Positions 1 through 11,336 of a DNA stretch of 64,000 bases are shown here, piece by piece (positions within the stretch are counted from its first letter, which is position 1; each line of letters begins with the position of its first letter). Under the pieces are notes generated by a model. That model was not told the DNA's origin. It did no database searches and saw only the letters and a list, made by a program, of their open reading frames with translations. Both the position numbers and the translations under genes were made by a program. The stretch is taken from assembly GCA_963665115.1 (NCBI GenBank), contig OY762007.1, positions 7,360,001 to 7,424,000 on the forward strand. The letters run 5' to 3'. Origin of the DNA: an uncultured Rivularia sp. (GTDB taxonomy: Bacteria > Cyanobacteriota > Cyanobacteriia > Cyanobacteriales > Nostocaceae).

Positions 1-1046
1 TGAGGAGTTGGGGGAGGCGATTGTACGGCAGGTGCTACAGCAAAGGTTCGCTGTGTTACTTGTTGAGGTGGGTTATTGCTTGTCGGTGCTGGAGGGTTGA
101 GGGCTTGTAAAACTTGATTGGCGCTTTGATAGCGTTCTCCTGGTATGGCAGATAGCATTTTATCTAACACCACTCCAAATTCCGGACTAACGTTAACGAA
201 GTTTCGCCACTGCCATTGCAGGTTATAGTTATCAATTAGTTCTGCTGGCTGTTTGCCCGTAAGTAAAACCAATACCGTTGCAGCTAAAGCGTATAAATCG
301 CTGTGGGGTTCTACCGAGCCAGTTTGCATTTGTTCTGCTGGAGCATAACCTATTTTCCCCAGTAAAGTTGGGATTGGGGTTGCTGGAGGGCTGCCGGGTG
401 CGTAATATTGGGAAGCTACGGTTGCTACTACTTGTTTAACGCCGCCAAAGTCTATTAATACTGGTAACTGGTCAAATTTACGAAGAATTAAGTTATCTGG
501 TGAAATATCGCGGTGAATTACACCCAAAGAATGAATATAATTTAATACTGGTAATATCTGCTGCAATAACTGCTTGACTTCGATTTCGCTAAATTTAATT
601 CCTTGTTTTAAGCGATTATCCAGCAAGGAACGATAATTTTCTCCTTCTACATAATCTTGGACTAAAAATAAATATTCTTGATCGTTGATACTCAACCGCA
701 AGAGTTCGCGAAAGCGAGGTATTTGGGGATGTTGCAGTTTATATAAAACGCTAGCTTCTCGTTCAAAAAGTTCTTCCGATTTTTGTAAAACGTATTCGGT
801 TTGAACTTGGGGAGAAAATTCTTTTAAAACGCAGGGTTCGCGAAAACGGTTAATATCCTCTGCTAAATAAGTTTTGCCGAACCCCCCCTGTCCCAACTGA
901 CGTACTACTATATAGCGATCGCTCAAAGTCATTCCCGGCTGGATACCTTGATTTACTGGTGTATCAACCAACATTTCGCCGCAGTGCAGACAAAAACGAC
1001 TACCGCGAGGATTTTCATGTCCTTTCGAGCAATTAAGGGATGTCAT
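1..1046 (-). CDS. Ser/Thr protein kinase with N-terminal zinc ribbon (partial, runs off window start)
   Basis: Not in the ORF track. ATG at 1046 reads MTSLNCSKGHENPRGSRFCLHCGE; LGQGGFGKTY, VIHRDISPDN, IDFGG and GYAPAEQ kinase motifs follow. Confidence 0.92.
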   Translation of the reverse strand, partial: MTSLNCSKGHENPRGSRFCLHCGEMLVDTPVNQGIQPGMTLSDRYIVVRQLGQGGFGKTYLAEDINRFREPCVLKEFSPQVQTEYVLQKSEELFEREASVLYKLQHPQIPRFRELLRLSINDQEYLFLVQDYVEGENYRSLLDNRLKQGIKFSEIEVKQLLQQILPVLNYIHSLGVIHRDISPDNLILRKFDQLPVLIDFGGVKQVVATVASQYYAPGSPPATPIPTLLGKIGYAPAEQMQTGSVEPHSDLYALAATVLVLLTGKQPAELIDNYNLQWQWRNFVNVSPEFGVVLDKMLSAIPGERYQSANQVLQALNPPAPTSNNPPQQVTQRTFAVAPAVQSPPPTP

Positions 1047-1393
1047 GGGAGGGTATTGAGTTAGGAGTTAGGAGTTAGGAGTTAGGAGTTTTCTTAAGAG
1101 CGGGAAATTACATTGCCTGATGGATGAGGACAAGGACAGAAAATTTATAATAATTTATGCATGGTATAAACAAATATACTATTCAATCATTTAAATAGTT
1201 TTGAAGATAAGTTTAAGGCTTACCCACAAATAATGTAAAATCGGTCTGCTAAAACTGCCAAGCTTACTAATAAAGCTACAGTCGCGGTACCACAAATTTC
1301 GTCTAAATGCATAAATAGTAAACGCGGCTGTTTCGCGGAAAATAATAATTAACTGCCCGCATCCGATTACTAATAATTGTTAATTGATAATTG

Positions 1394-3124
1394 TTAATTT
1401 ACTCGTTTATTAACTTCCTCCGAAGCGAATGCATACCAAATTTGACCAAAAGTTTGCTGTTTAAGGTTCCCCTGTCTTTCTCCAGGAAATAATCGGTCAA
1501 ACTTACGGTTGGTATCTCTGTTTAAATCTTCGATAGTATAATTACTTAATTCTCCATCTCTTGCTTGCCGTTCCCAATTCGTATAATCTTGTCCGGTATA
1601 GCTTCCTAATTTTTGTCGAGTTTGCTTGCTGAGATTAGCTTTTTCTAACTTTTCGAGCAAGTCTTTAGCAACGCCGTACCACTTCTTCCTCAAAGCTTCG
1701 TCTTCCGCACTCCCAGTTAAAGTACGACCGCGAGCTTCTGGATTTTGAGTATAAAAAATTTCATTTGTGGTGCGGTTAAAAAATAATTCTGGAATTCCTA
1801 ACTGCTGACGCTGCCGGACAATTTTGCCAATATTGTTTGTTTCCTGACGGCTTAATCCTCCGTCGGAATCGTCATTAGTCGAACCAGGTAATTTAACTGA
1901 AGGTAATTGCGGTAAAGAAACAGTTGGAAGAGAAAATGAAGTCACGGCATTGATAACTCCACTAATTACTGCCCATGTACCCGCGAAAACCAAGATAACA
2001 ACGCTAGTACTTACCAAGCCCACGAAAAAAGGACGCAGCCAAATAGGTAAATGGATTGCACTCGCGAAAGCTTGGGTTTTGTTGTGAAATTGAGTTGCAA
2101 CCGCACCCGCACGTTTGCGCCCAGGAGCAACTACGGCTGTATGAATTTTACTAATATTAGGGTTTACAGGTTTAGAAGAAGTAAAAGCAGCAGTTGAAGC
2201 AGCAGTGGAAGACTGTAAATCGTTTAAAACTTGTTCGGCATTTTGGTATCTATCGTTAGGTTTATGAGCAACCATCTTCTTTAACGCCGCTTCAAAGTTG
2301 GCACTAACTTTGATTTTCTCTCCCCAACGCCATTTACCTTGATAACTATCATAAAGCTTTTGCGGTTCCTCTCCGGCAAGTAATACCAAAGCTGTCACCC
2401 CTAACGAATATAAATCGCTACTGTGATAGGCTTTCCCCTGACGCAACTGTTCTTCAGGTGCATAACCTTTTTTACCCAACAAAGTACGATTTACCGGGAG
2501 TTGAGTAAACCAAAAACCTTGAGAAGCTGGTAATTGCTTGACACCGCCAAAGTCAATCAATATTGGTAAATTATCAGTTGTACGTAAAATCAAATTATCC
2601 GGTGAGATATCGCGGTGAACCACATCTCTGGAATGGATATAATTCAAGACTGGCAAAATTTGTGTTAATAAATGAAATACTTCTGCTTCGCTAAAACATC
2701 GTCCTTCATCAAGACGTTTTTCTAATAAATCCTGATAATTTTCACCTTCAATATAATCTTGTACCAAAAAGAAAAAATCTTTATTGCGTAACTGTACCTG
2801 TAGCGAAAAATGTAAGCGGGGAATTTGCGGATGCTGAAGCTGTTTCAGCACGCTAGCTTCCCTTTCAAATAATTCCTTCGCTTTTTGTAAATCTTTATCC
2901 TCTTCAACTTGCGGTGCAAACTCCTTCAGCACGCACTTTTGATGAGAATGCTGCATATCTTCCGCTAAATAAGTACGTCCAAAACCTCCTTGACCAAGTT
3001 GACGTACAATTTTATAGCGATCGATAATCACCTCCCCAGAAGGAAGAGGCAAAGGTTCGCCGCATATAGTACAAAAGCGGTTATGTGAAGAGTTAACGTG
3101 ATTTCTAGTGCAATAAACCTGCAT
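1394..3124 (-). CDS. Membrane Ser/Thr protein kinase with N-terminal zinc ribbon
   Basis: GQGGFG, HRDISPDN, DFGG, GYAPEEQ; TM helix in the C-terminal half; probable start MQVYC at 3124. Confidence 0.93.
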   Translation of the reverse strand: MQVYCTRNHVNSSHNRFCTICGEPLPLPSGEVIIDRYKIVRQLGQGGFGRTYLAEDMQHSHQKCVLKEFAPQVEEDKDLQKAKELFEREASVLKQLQHPQIPRLHFSLQVQLRNKDFFFLVQDYIEGENYQDLLEKRLDEGRCFSEAEVFHLLTQILPVLNYIHSRDVVHRDISPDNLILRTTDNLPILIDFGGVKQLPASQGFWFTQLPVNRTLLGKKGYAPEEQLRQGKAYHSSDLYSLGVTALVLLAGEEPQKLYDSYQGKWRWGEKIKVSANFEAALKKMVAHKPNDRYQNAEQVLNDLQSSTAASTAAFTSSKPVNPNISKIHTAVVAPGRKRAGAVATQFHNKTQAFASAIHLPIWLRPFFVGLVSTSVVILVFAGTWAVISGVINAVTSFSLPTVSLPQLPSVKLPGSTNDDSDGGLSRQETNNIGKIVRQRQQLGIPELFFNRTTNEIFYTQNPEARGRTLTGSAEDEALRKKWYGVAKDLLEKLEKANLSKQTRQKLGSYTGQDYTNWERQARDGELSNYTIEDLNRDTNRKFDRLFPGERQGNLKQQTFGQIWYAFASEEVNKRVN

Positions 3125-3420
3125 GATGCCCAAAATTGAAAGGGTTTTTGCTAATAACTACAAAGTCGCAAACAGAATTTACGTATAATTTCCAGGAATA
3201 GGAATTGGGCATGGGGCATAGGGAATAGTTGAAAGTTAGGAGTTATGAGTTAGGAGTCAAATAATTTTATATTTTAGATTAGCAGTTAGCAGGTAAGAGA
3301 TTGTTGAAGTTGGAATTTATTTACTAAGAATTTATCAATGCCCAATGCCCAATGCCCAATTCCCAATTCTCATCTAATAACTGGTTATAATAATCTGTTT
3401 TTTCGACTGCAACAAGCCTT

Positions 3421-4960
3421 ATGAACTACCAACAGCAAAGTCAACGTGCAATCAAGGGATTTGAGAATTTCTTACATACTCCTCTCGATACTTTATTACA
3501 ACAGCACCTGAATAAAAATCCTGCTGGGGAAATAATCAAGTTATTTGAGGATGTGGCGGCAAATGTACCGGCTTATCAAGCTTTTTTGACTCAACAGCAA
3601 ATTAATCCTAATGATATTCAAAATTTTGATGATTTTCAAAAATTACCAACCCTTACTAAGGATAACTACCTTAAATGTTATTCTTTAGCTGATTTCTGCC
3701 GTCAAGGAAAAATCGAAAGCTGCGATATGATAGCGGCTTCATCTGGCTCTACAGGTAAACCCACTTTCTGGCTGCGTTTCTTTACGGATGAGTTGGCGAT
3801 CGCCACTCGATTTGAGCAGATATTTTACGATAGCTTTTTTGCTGACACAAAACCGACTTTAGCTGTTATTTGCTTTGCTTTGGGAACTTGGGTTGGGGGA
3901 ATGTTCACTACTAATTGCTGTCGCTATCTTTCTAGTAAAGGTTATCCCGTTACCGTCATCTCTCCAGGTACGAATAAAGCTGAAATTTTGCGGGTAATAG
4001 AAGAATTAAGTCCTAATTTTGAGCAAACTGTTTTATTAGGATACCCGCCTTTTCTGAAAGATGTAGTTGATACGGCTATTTCTCAAGATATTAAATTAAA
4101 GCCACACAATCTTAAGTTTGTCATGGCTGGAGAGGTATTTAGTGAAGAATGGCGAAATTTAGTTGGGGAAAGAGTTGGTTCCCAAAATCCCTGTTATGAT
4201 TTTGCATCGCTTTACGGTACCGCTGATGCGGGAGTTTTGGGAAATGAAACGCCGTTGAGTATCTGCATTCGTCAGTTTTTGGCTCAAAACCCTGAAGCTG
4301 CGCGTAATTTATTTGGAGAGTCGCGCTTACCAACTTTAGTTCAGTATGACCCAATGAATCGCTTTTTTGAAGTTATACCAAATTCTTCTAATTCCGATAA
4401 ACAAGGTATTTCCAGAGGTACTTTGTTATTCTCTGGAGACAATGGAATTCCCTTGATACGCTACAACATTTTAGATAACGGGGGAATAATTACTTATGAT
4501 GCAATGCTTCAGTTTCTATCTGAATATGGATTCAATCCGTTAGAAGCATTATCTAATAACAGAGGAATTCGTAATTTACCTTTCGTTTTTGTATTTGGAC
4601 GTTCTAATTTTACGATTTCCTATTTTGGCGCGAATATCTACCCAGAAAATATCAAAGTCGGTTTAGAACAACCTGTAATCAGAGATTGGGTAACGGGTAA
4701 ATTCGTGATGCAAATACAAGAAGATGCAGATAAAAATAATTTCGTATCTATAGTTGTAGAATTAGCACCTGAAGTTGAAGCAAGCGTTGAGAAAAAACAA
4801 ACTGTAGCGGATTCTATTCTGACTCAACTAACACGCCTTAATAGTGAATTTGCAAATTACGTTCCCCCAGAATATCAAACACCGCGAGTGGAATTATTAC
4901 CAATGGGAGAAACCGGAGTATTTTCCTCAAGGCGTGAAGCATCGTTATACAAAGAATTAG
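3421..4960 (+). CDS. Phenylacetate-CoA ligase family (adenylate-forming) protein; apparent +1 frameshift at about 4910
   Basis: SSGSTGKPT, YGTAD, LIRYNILD and GRS motifs. Removing one A at 4910-4912 gives MGEPEYFPQGVKHRYTKN* (TAG 4958-4960) instead of read-through into a repeat. Confidence 0.85.
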
Positions 4961-5087
4961 GGAGATGGGGAGATGGGGAGATGGGGAGATGGGGAGAGAA
5001 TTCTTAGCTACTCTCTACTCTCTATTCTTAGCTCCTAACTATTTACAATGCCCCATGCCCCATGCCCCATGCCCCATGCCCAACTTT

Positions 5088-5996
5088 TTACAAGTCAGGA
5101 GGCAAAATCACGTTATCGATGACGTGAATCACGCCATTGCTAGCTTTGATGTCAGGCTGAACTACGGTAGCGTCATTGACCTGTACCCCTGTAGCTGGGT
5201 CAACTTTCACGCTTATTGGTCCACCTTCAACGCTTTTGACTTCACCAGATTTTAAATCGGTGGAGAGTACTGTACCCGGTACTACGTGATAAGACAGAAT
5301 CTTGACCAATACTTCTTTGTTTTCTGGCTTCAGCAAATCTTGTACCGCGTCTTGTGGCAATTTTGCAAATGCCGCATCGCTGGGCGCAAAAACTGTAAAA
5401 GGACCATTTCCTTTTAAAGTATCTACCAATCCTGCTGCTTGCAAAGCCTTTGTCAGCATTGTAAACGAAGGATTTGACTGGGCAATACTTATAATATCTT
5501 GATTCCCAGTTTCTGCTGATGGTTCGGTTGTTTCTGTTTCCGCACCCGGTACTGTTATCGGAGGTGCAGTTGGAACTTCCGTTCCCGGTAGTGGAGGTAC
5601 GGTACCCGGAACTGGTGCTGGCACTACGGTTGGGGATGGTACCGTTGATGGTGGTAATGGTGCGGGTGCTGTTGATGGCGTTGTATTTCCACAAGCCGCA
5701 CGGTTGTAAGGACACTCATCGAGAATACTTGGTCTGGGATTAAGCGCTCCACCGCCTTGCGCTAATAAAGTTTTATTTGGTTTGTCGCTCTTTTGCGTCC
5801 GTATAACGGATAAATTACTGTTATTGGTAGTTACCGGAACGGTTTGACTACGGTTATAGGGAGATTCTGTAAAAACACTGGGGTCTTGTTTAAGCGCGTT
5901 GTTCGCTTTCACTGGCAAACCCACTAGTAAGCCGATGCTTGTCACTCCCACTATGCCAGTTAATTTAGTCAGCAAATTGCTGTAGTATACTTTCAT
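5088..5996 (-). CDS. Secreted fasciclin (FAS1) domain protein
   Basis: Signal-like N-terminus, Pro-rich linker, GPFTVFAPSDAAF and ASNGVIHVIDNVILP FAS1 motifs. Confidence 0.93.
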   Translation of the reverse strand: MKVYYSNLLTKLTGIVGVTSIGLLVGLPVKANNALKQDPSVFTESPYNRSQTVPVTTNNSNLSVIRTQKSDKPNKTLLAQGGGALNPRPSILDECPYNRAACGNTTPSTAPAPLPPSTVPSPTVVPAPVPGTVPPLPGTEVPTAPPITVPGAETETTEPSAETGNQDIISIAQSNPSFTMLTKALQAAGLVDTLKGNGPFTVFAPSDAAFAKLPQDAVQDLLKPENKEVLVKILSYHVVPGTVLSTDLKSGEVKSVEGGPISVKVDPATGVQVNDATVVQPDIKASNGVIHVIDNVILPPDL

Positions 5997-6710
5997 AACA
6001 ATTTTATCTGGCTTTTATTCCACACTCTACATTAAAAACTTATACCATTTTCTTAAGCAAAAAATCTAACTCGCAGAATCGGATTTTTATTGCTTTATGG
6101 CAATATTGGTGATACCCTATTCATCAAAAAAAAGTTTAATTTACTTTATTAATAGGGGCATCAACATTATTTAGTAGCAATGACTTTCAATTCACGTCCA
6201 TAGTTCCGTGATGGCTCTTTGTAATTATTGTATCACAAACAATATATATCTAGATTTTTATTGTATTAGCTCATGTTTGTGTAAGTGAAATCTAAATAAA
6301 CTAGATATATTTAATTTACTGCGATAGGAAAAGTTTTATTTATCGATTTTTTTTGGATAAATAGCTTTGATGGCAATGCCTAAACTTATTGTAGTACGAG
6401 TATTTCAGCTATGTATACCTCCATATTCTGTTGAACGAGCGTTATTAAGAAATAGTTAACTATCCTGCGTCTTACAATCATATTTTTAAGCAGAAGATTT
6501 GAATAAAAATCGTCCAATTATCTACGTACAAATGGTTCTGCTTGAAAATAAAATAGTCCTTTAATTTAAGCATTCTGCAATTTATCGCTCTACAGACATA
6601 ATCCGTAAGTAATAGAATTTTTCACTTACAACTTGAAAATATTATTAACAAAAATAAAGTTGTAGAATTTATAAGTCAACATAGGTCAAGAAATTACCAG
6701 TAAACTTATT

Positions 6711-7505
6711 ATGTTAGAACTGTACCAATTTGAACTTTCCCAATACTCAGAAAAGGTGCGTTTGATTCTAGATTATAAAGGTCTGGAATACCGCAAAATA
6801 GAGGTAACACCTGGAATCGGGCAGGTTGAATTATTTCAAAAAACAGGGCAGCGTCAAGTACCCGTACTCAAAGACGGCAGTAAATATATTGCGGATTCTA
6901 CTGAAATAGCTAAGTATATAGATGCACAGTATCCCGAACGTCCCTTGATGCCGCAAGACCCCAAAACTCGGGGTTTATGCTTAATGATGGAAGAATGGGC
7001 GGATGAATCCATCGGTACTAAAAGTAGAAAAGCTTTATTCTCTGCCATTAGTAAAGACCAGTATTTCCGCAAGTCTTTGCTACCCAATTCAGCACCAGAT
7101 GTACTGAAAACCCTAATAGAAGGGGTTCCGGGTGATGTATTAAAAGTATTAGGTGTCGGAGTAGGTTACAGTCCCGATGCGGTAAAAGATGCGATGAGGG
7201 ATTTAAAGCAAGATTTAGAAGCTTTAACCTTGATATTAGAAAGTAGTCCTTATTTGTTAGGAGATGAACCCTGTTTCGCTGATTTTGCGGTAGCGGGTTT
7301 ATCTATATTGTTGAAGTTCCCAGATGGCGCTTATCTAGATTTACCACAAACAATTAAAGGTAAAGGAGTGCCGGGTTTAGCAGACAATCCGATTTACCAA
7401 CCATTCTTTGACTGGCGCGATAGACTTTACGTTCAATTCCGCAAACCAATAATCGGCTCCACTATGAACAGCCCCGGTGCGCCGACATCGATCCAGATCG
7501 ATTAA
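6711..7505 (+). CDS. Glutathione S-transferase family protein
   Basis: LYQFELSQYSEKVR, QVPVL, DSTEIA, ADFAVAG. Confidence 0.92.
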   Translation: MLELYQFELSQYSEKVRLILDYKGLEYRKIEVTPGIGQVELFQKTGQRQVPVLKDGSKYIADSTEIAKYIDAQYPERPLMPQDPKTRGLCLMMEEWADESIGTKSRKALFSAISKDQYFRKSLLPNSAPDVLKTLIEGVPGDVLKVLGVGVGYSPDAVKDAMRDLKQDLEALTLILESSPYLLGDEPCFADFAVAGLSILLKFPDGAYLDLPQTIKGKGVPGLADNPIYQPFFDWRDRLYVQFRKPIIGSTMNSPGAPTSIQID

Positions 7506-7815
7506 GTAGTAATTGGGGATTGGGGATTGGGAATTGGGAATTGGGCATGGAGAATTGGGGATTGGGCATGGGGGACAAGGAGACAAGAGGAAGATAATTC
7601 TTATTCACTACTAATTCCTAATTTCTCGTTTTTTAAATTCCTAATTCCTAATTACCAACTTTTTACTCTTAACTATTCCCAATCCCCTATTCTCAATCCC
7701 CCATGCCCAATTCTCTATTTAATTATTAAAATTTGTTCGCATATTTGTTCGCATAATTTATACAGTAGAATTAAAATTCTTTTAAGAAGAACGAATAAAA
7801 TTATGCGTTGATTAT

Positions 7816-9552
7816 ATGAATTCTATTAGTAGACAACCATTAGGTTCGGTTATTCAAGGTTCTTTAACTGGGGGATTAGAAGTTAGACTGCATCCCGATA
7901 TTTTGGTTGAAGATATGCGGGTGGGTAAGTTTCTGGTTGTTCAAGGGGTGCGATCGCGATTTTTCTGTATGCTGACGGATGTGGCTTTGGGAATAGCCAA
8001 CCAAAGGATTGTGGCTTATCCTCCAAGTTGGGAAGATACTTTTATGCGCGATATTTTGGCAGGAAGCGGTACTTACGGTACTATCAATCTCGCGCCGATG
8101 TTAATGTTTACTCCCGAATCGAATGAATCGGATTCTAATCCAAACCCCAAGTCTGCAAAATTGAAAGAAGCTGTAAATACCAGTTTAGCATCGTTTCAAG
8201 CGCAAACTAGTACTACGATGGAGTTACTGCCAGTTAAAACGATTCCAAGTCATTTTAGCCAAGTTTACGAAGCTTCCCAAGATGACTTTCGTCGAGTATT
8301 TGGTTGGGAAGACGATCCACAAAGGAAGAATTTTTCCATTGGTAAACCTTTGGATATGGATGTACCCGTTTGCATCGATTTAAATAAGTTTGTGGAAAGA
8401 AGTAATGGCGTTTTTGGTAAATCTGGTACGGGTAAATCCTTTTTAACGCGCTTACTTTTAGCTGGGACAATTAAGAAAAATGCTGCGGTAAATTTAATTT
8501 TTGATATGCACTCGGAATACGGTTGGGAAGCGGTTTCCGAAGGTAAGAATTTAAGTACTGTTAAAGGTTTAAAGCAGTTATTTCCCAGTAAAATAGAAGT
8601 GTATACTCTCGATCCGGAATCTACAAAACGTCGTGGAGTACCTCACGCTCAAGACCTTTATTTAAGCTACGACCAAATCGAAGTAGAAGATATTAAGTTA
8701 TGTTCTCGTGAATTAGGGCTTTCCGACGCGAGTATTGATAATGCCAATATTCTTCATGCTGAATTTGGTAAATCTTGGATTGTTCAGCTTTTGAACATGA
8801 CAAACGAAGAAATCAAAATGTTTTGCGAAGAAAAGCGGGGACACCAAGGTTCAATTACCGCATTACAGCGCAAACTATTGCGGATGGACAATATGAAGTA
8901 TATGCGTGCTGCTTGCCCGCACAATTATATTACTCAAATCATGCGAGCGCTCGAAGTGGGGAAAAATGTTGTAGTAGAATTCGGTTCTCAATCGGATATG
9001 CTTTCTTATATGTTGGTGACAAACATGATTACTCGCCGCATTCACCAACAATATGTTCGTAAAGCAGAGAAGTTTTTGCAAACCAAAAATCCCGTTGATA
9101 AACCATTACAGTTAATGATTACAATCGAGGAAGCACACCGTTTCCTTGACTCGGCGATAGTGCAAAGTACGATTTTTGGTACCATCGCTCGTGAAATGCG
9201 GAAATATTTCGTAACTTTATTAGTAGTAGACCAAAGACCTTCAGGGATAGATAATGAAGTCATGTCCCAAGTTGGAACCCGCATCACAGCTTTGCTCAAT
9301 GACGAAAAAGACATCGACGCGATTTTTACAGGTGTTTCCGGTGCTGGAGGCTTAAAATCGGTGTTAGCAAAATTAGATTCCAAACAACAAGCATTAATTT
9401 TAGGTCATGCCGTTCCCATGCCAGTAGTAGTGCGTACCCGCCCTTACGATGCAGCATTCTACCAAGAAATTGGCGACCCAGAATGGGAAAGCAAACCAGA
9501 CGAAGAAGTTTTCGCAGCAGCAGAGTTAGCAAAAGCAGATTTAGGGTTTTAG
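7816..9552 (+). CDS. HerA/DUF87-type ATPase
   Basis: N-terminal HAS-barrel-like region, Walker A GKSGTGKS, FDMHSEY, IEEAHRF, AREMRKY, DQRPS. Confidence 0.88.
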   Translation: MNSISRQPLGSVIQGSLTGGLEVRLHPDILVEDMRVGKFLVVQGVRSRFFCMLTDVALGIANQRIVAYPPSWEDTFMRDILAGSGTYGTINLAPMLMFTPESNESDSNPNPKSAKLKEAVNTSLASFQAQTSTTMELLPVKTIPSHFSQVYEASQDDFRRVFGWEDDPQRKNFSIGKPLDMDVPVCIDLNKFVERSNGVFGKSGTGKSFLTRLLLAGTIKKNAAVNLIFDMHSEYGWEAVSEGKNLSTVKGLKQLFPSKIEVYTLDPESTKRRGVPHAQDLYLSYDQIEVEDIKLCSRELGLSDASIDNANILHAEFGKSWIVQLLNMTNEEIKMFCEEKRGHQGSITALQRKLLRMDNMKYMRAACPHNYITQIMRALEVGKNVVVEFGSQSDMLSYMLVTNMITRRIHQQYVRKAEKFLQTKNPVDKPLQLMITIEEAHRFLDSAIVQSTIFGTIAREMRKYFVTLLVVDQRPSGIDNEVMSQVGTRITALLNDEKDIDAIFTGVSGAGGLKSVLAKLDSKQQALILGHAVPMPVVVRTRPYDAAFYQEIGDPEWESKPDEEVFAAAELAKADLGF

Positions 9553-9691
9553 TCAGTTAACAGTGAGCAGTGAGCAGTTAACAGTTAACAGTTACCAATT
9601 ACTATTTATAACTCTTAACTCCTAACTCTTAATTCCTAACTCCTAAGCAGAATTAGCAAAAGCAGATTTGGGGTTTTACTCAGTTATCAGT
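9520..9691 (+). repeat. 45 bp direct repeat duplicating the 3' end of the HerA-like gene
   Basis: 9520-9564 gcagagttagcaaaagcagatttagggttttagtcagttaacagt vs 9647-9691 gcagaattagcaaaagcagatttggggttttactcagttatcagt (4 mismatches). Confidence 0.9.
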
Positions 9692-9956
9692 TACCAGTGA
9701 GAATATCGATGCTAAATTAACAATCTAAAACTAAAAGTCATGTAGGGAAGCTATTTTTGCAACAATATGAACATAAAACCTAATAATCGTTTATTTTTAA
9801 GTAGACGTTGTGAATGATAACGTCTTCTATTATGAATTGATAATTACGTAACCAATTAATTATAAGAATTATTTATTCCCTCTTTGTGAGGATAGACTCT
9901 AAAGAAGTTGGAAATTTATTATGCTTATATAGTAAAATTATAAGGGGTGTAGATAA

Positions 9957-10415
9957 ATGATTATTCAGAAGCAATTGTTAGAAGCGAAAAAAGGTTTATT
10001 ACCTAAAATAGCAGTTATATCTTTAACAATATTTTCATTAAATATTCCTTTTATTAGTAGGGCAGATGATTTTAATTCATCACCTCCTAGAACTAGGCAA
10101 AATTTGACTTCTATAATTAGTTGTCAAACTATTGGACTTGATTTTTTTGCACCTTGGTCACTTACTAATAATCCCAAGCCTGATAAGATTACTCGTGTTA
10201 ACAATATGTTTTTAGAGTATAGTAATCGAGCTTTGGATAGGTTTGATTATCCTATTAACCCCCCAGATTTTGCAACAGGCAGTGAAGGTCAAACGACTTT
10301 CGGCCCTAGCTTTAGAAACAGACGTAATTTTGTAGACATAATTGAAGGAACTGTAAGTACATTTGAAGTTATAAAGCAAATACCATTGAATGAGGTTGGT
10401 TGTATTATTGATTAA
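9957..10415 (+). CDS. Hypothetical, possibly exported protein
   Basis: 152 aa ORF, purine-rich upstream sequence, hydrophobic N-terminal stretch; no family recognised. Confidence 0.55.
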   Translation: MIIQKQLLEAKKGLLPKIAVISLTIFSLNIPFISRADDFNSSPPRTRQNLTSIISCQTIGLDFFAPWSLTNNPKPDKITRVNNMFLEYSNRALDRFDYPINPPDFATGSEGQTTFGPSFRNRRNFVDIIEGTVSTFEVIKQIPLNEVGCIID

Positions 10416-10481
10416 GTAATGATTGCATTTAGACTTCGGTTAATTTATCTACTCAAAAACGTTAAGTAAATAGGAGTATTT

Positions 10482-11336
10482 ATGAAAAATAGAAATATAT
10501 TACGAGCTTTAGGGATTAGTACAGTGTTTTTGGCTAGTAGTTTCTTTAATATATGCTCATTTGCTATGGCTGAAGAAAACTTATCTCCAAACAGTACTTC
10601 TAGGCAAAAGCCTCTTCAACGTAACCCGAATTATACAGAAATGAAAAAAATACGCGAGCAAGGATGGGAAAAAATATGGAATAAGCTTGAATTAAAAGAT
10701 TTTGAAGGAGTATTAGATGATGCGGAAGAAATAATTAATAAAGACCCAAATAATGCCCAAAATTATTTTAATCGAGCAGGTGTAAAGAAAAAGCTAGGAG
10801 ACATCCAAGGTTATATTGATGATGTAAATAAATCTATAGAGATGAATCCTAATGACGTTGAAGTTATCAGTAATATAGCAGTTTTCCATTTTCAAAGAAA
10901 AGACTATGAAAGTGCAGCACAAGAGTACTCAAGAATCATCAATGTAGATTCTAATAATGCCACTGCTTACCATATGAGAGGTAATTGCAAATCAGAAATG
11001 GGGCAGCATAAAGCAGCATTAAAAGATTACGCTCATGTTGTAAAAATTGAACCTAATGAACCTTTTGGTTATCTTTTACGAGGACGAACTTTCGTACAGA
11101 TAGGACAAATGCAAAAAGCCAAGCAAGAGCTTGAATCTGCCGTACAATTGAATCATGCTAATGATAATCGTAAAGCCTTTGTCTACAGGTACGTAGGAGG
11201 CATTTACGCTGATTTTCTTAAGCAGCCAGAAAAGGCGAAAGAATATTTGGAAATAGCACTCGAACTATATCAAAAATTAAACAATGAATCGGCAGTAGGA
11301 AGGTTAGTTGAAGAAATTCAAGAAACTAGGGAGTAG
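10482..11336 (+). CDS. Tetratricopeptide repeat protein with signal peptide
   Basis: RBS AGGAG; repeated TPR patterns (NYFNRA, AYHMRGNCK, GYLLRGRTF). Confidence 0.88.
   Translation: MKNRNILRALGISTVFLASSFFNICSFAMAEENLSPNSTSRQKPLQRNPNYTEMKKIREQGWEKIWNKLELKDFEGVLDDAEEIINKDPNNAQNYFNRAGVKKKLGDIQGYIDDVNKSIEMNPNDVEVISNIAVFHFQRKDYESAAQEYSRIINVDSNNATAYHMRGNCKSEMGQHKAALKDYAHVVKIEPNEPFGYLLRGRTFVQIGQMQKAKQELESAVQLNHANDNRKAFVYRYVGGIYADFLKQPEKAKEYLEIALELYQKLNNESAVGRLVEEIQETRE

Noticed and set aside
7377..7811. Short ORFs over the repeats after GST (similar cases at 4965, 34014 and 56963)
   Set aside because: Low-complexity products of heptamer repeats.
7816..9552. HerA as part of an anti-phage system (e.g. 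Sir2-HerA)
   Set aside because: No effector or nuclease partner is adjacent; it looks like the conserved cyanobacterial HerA-like gene.
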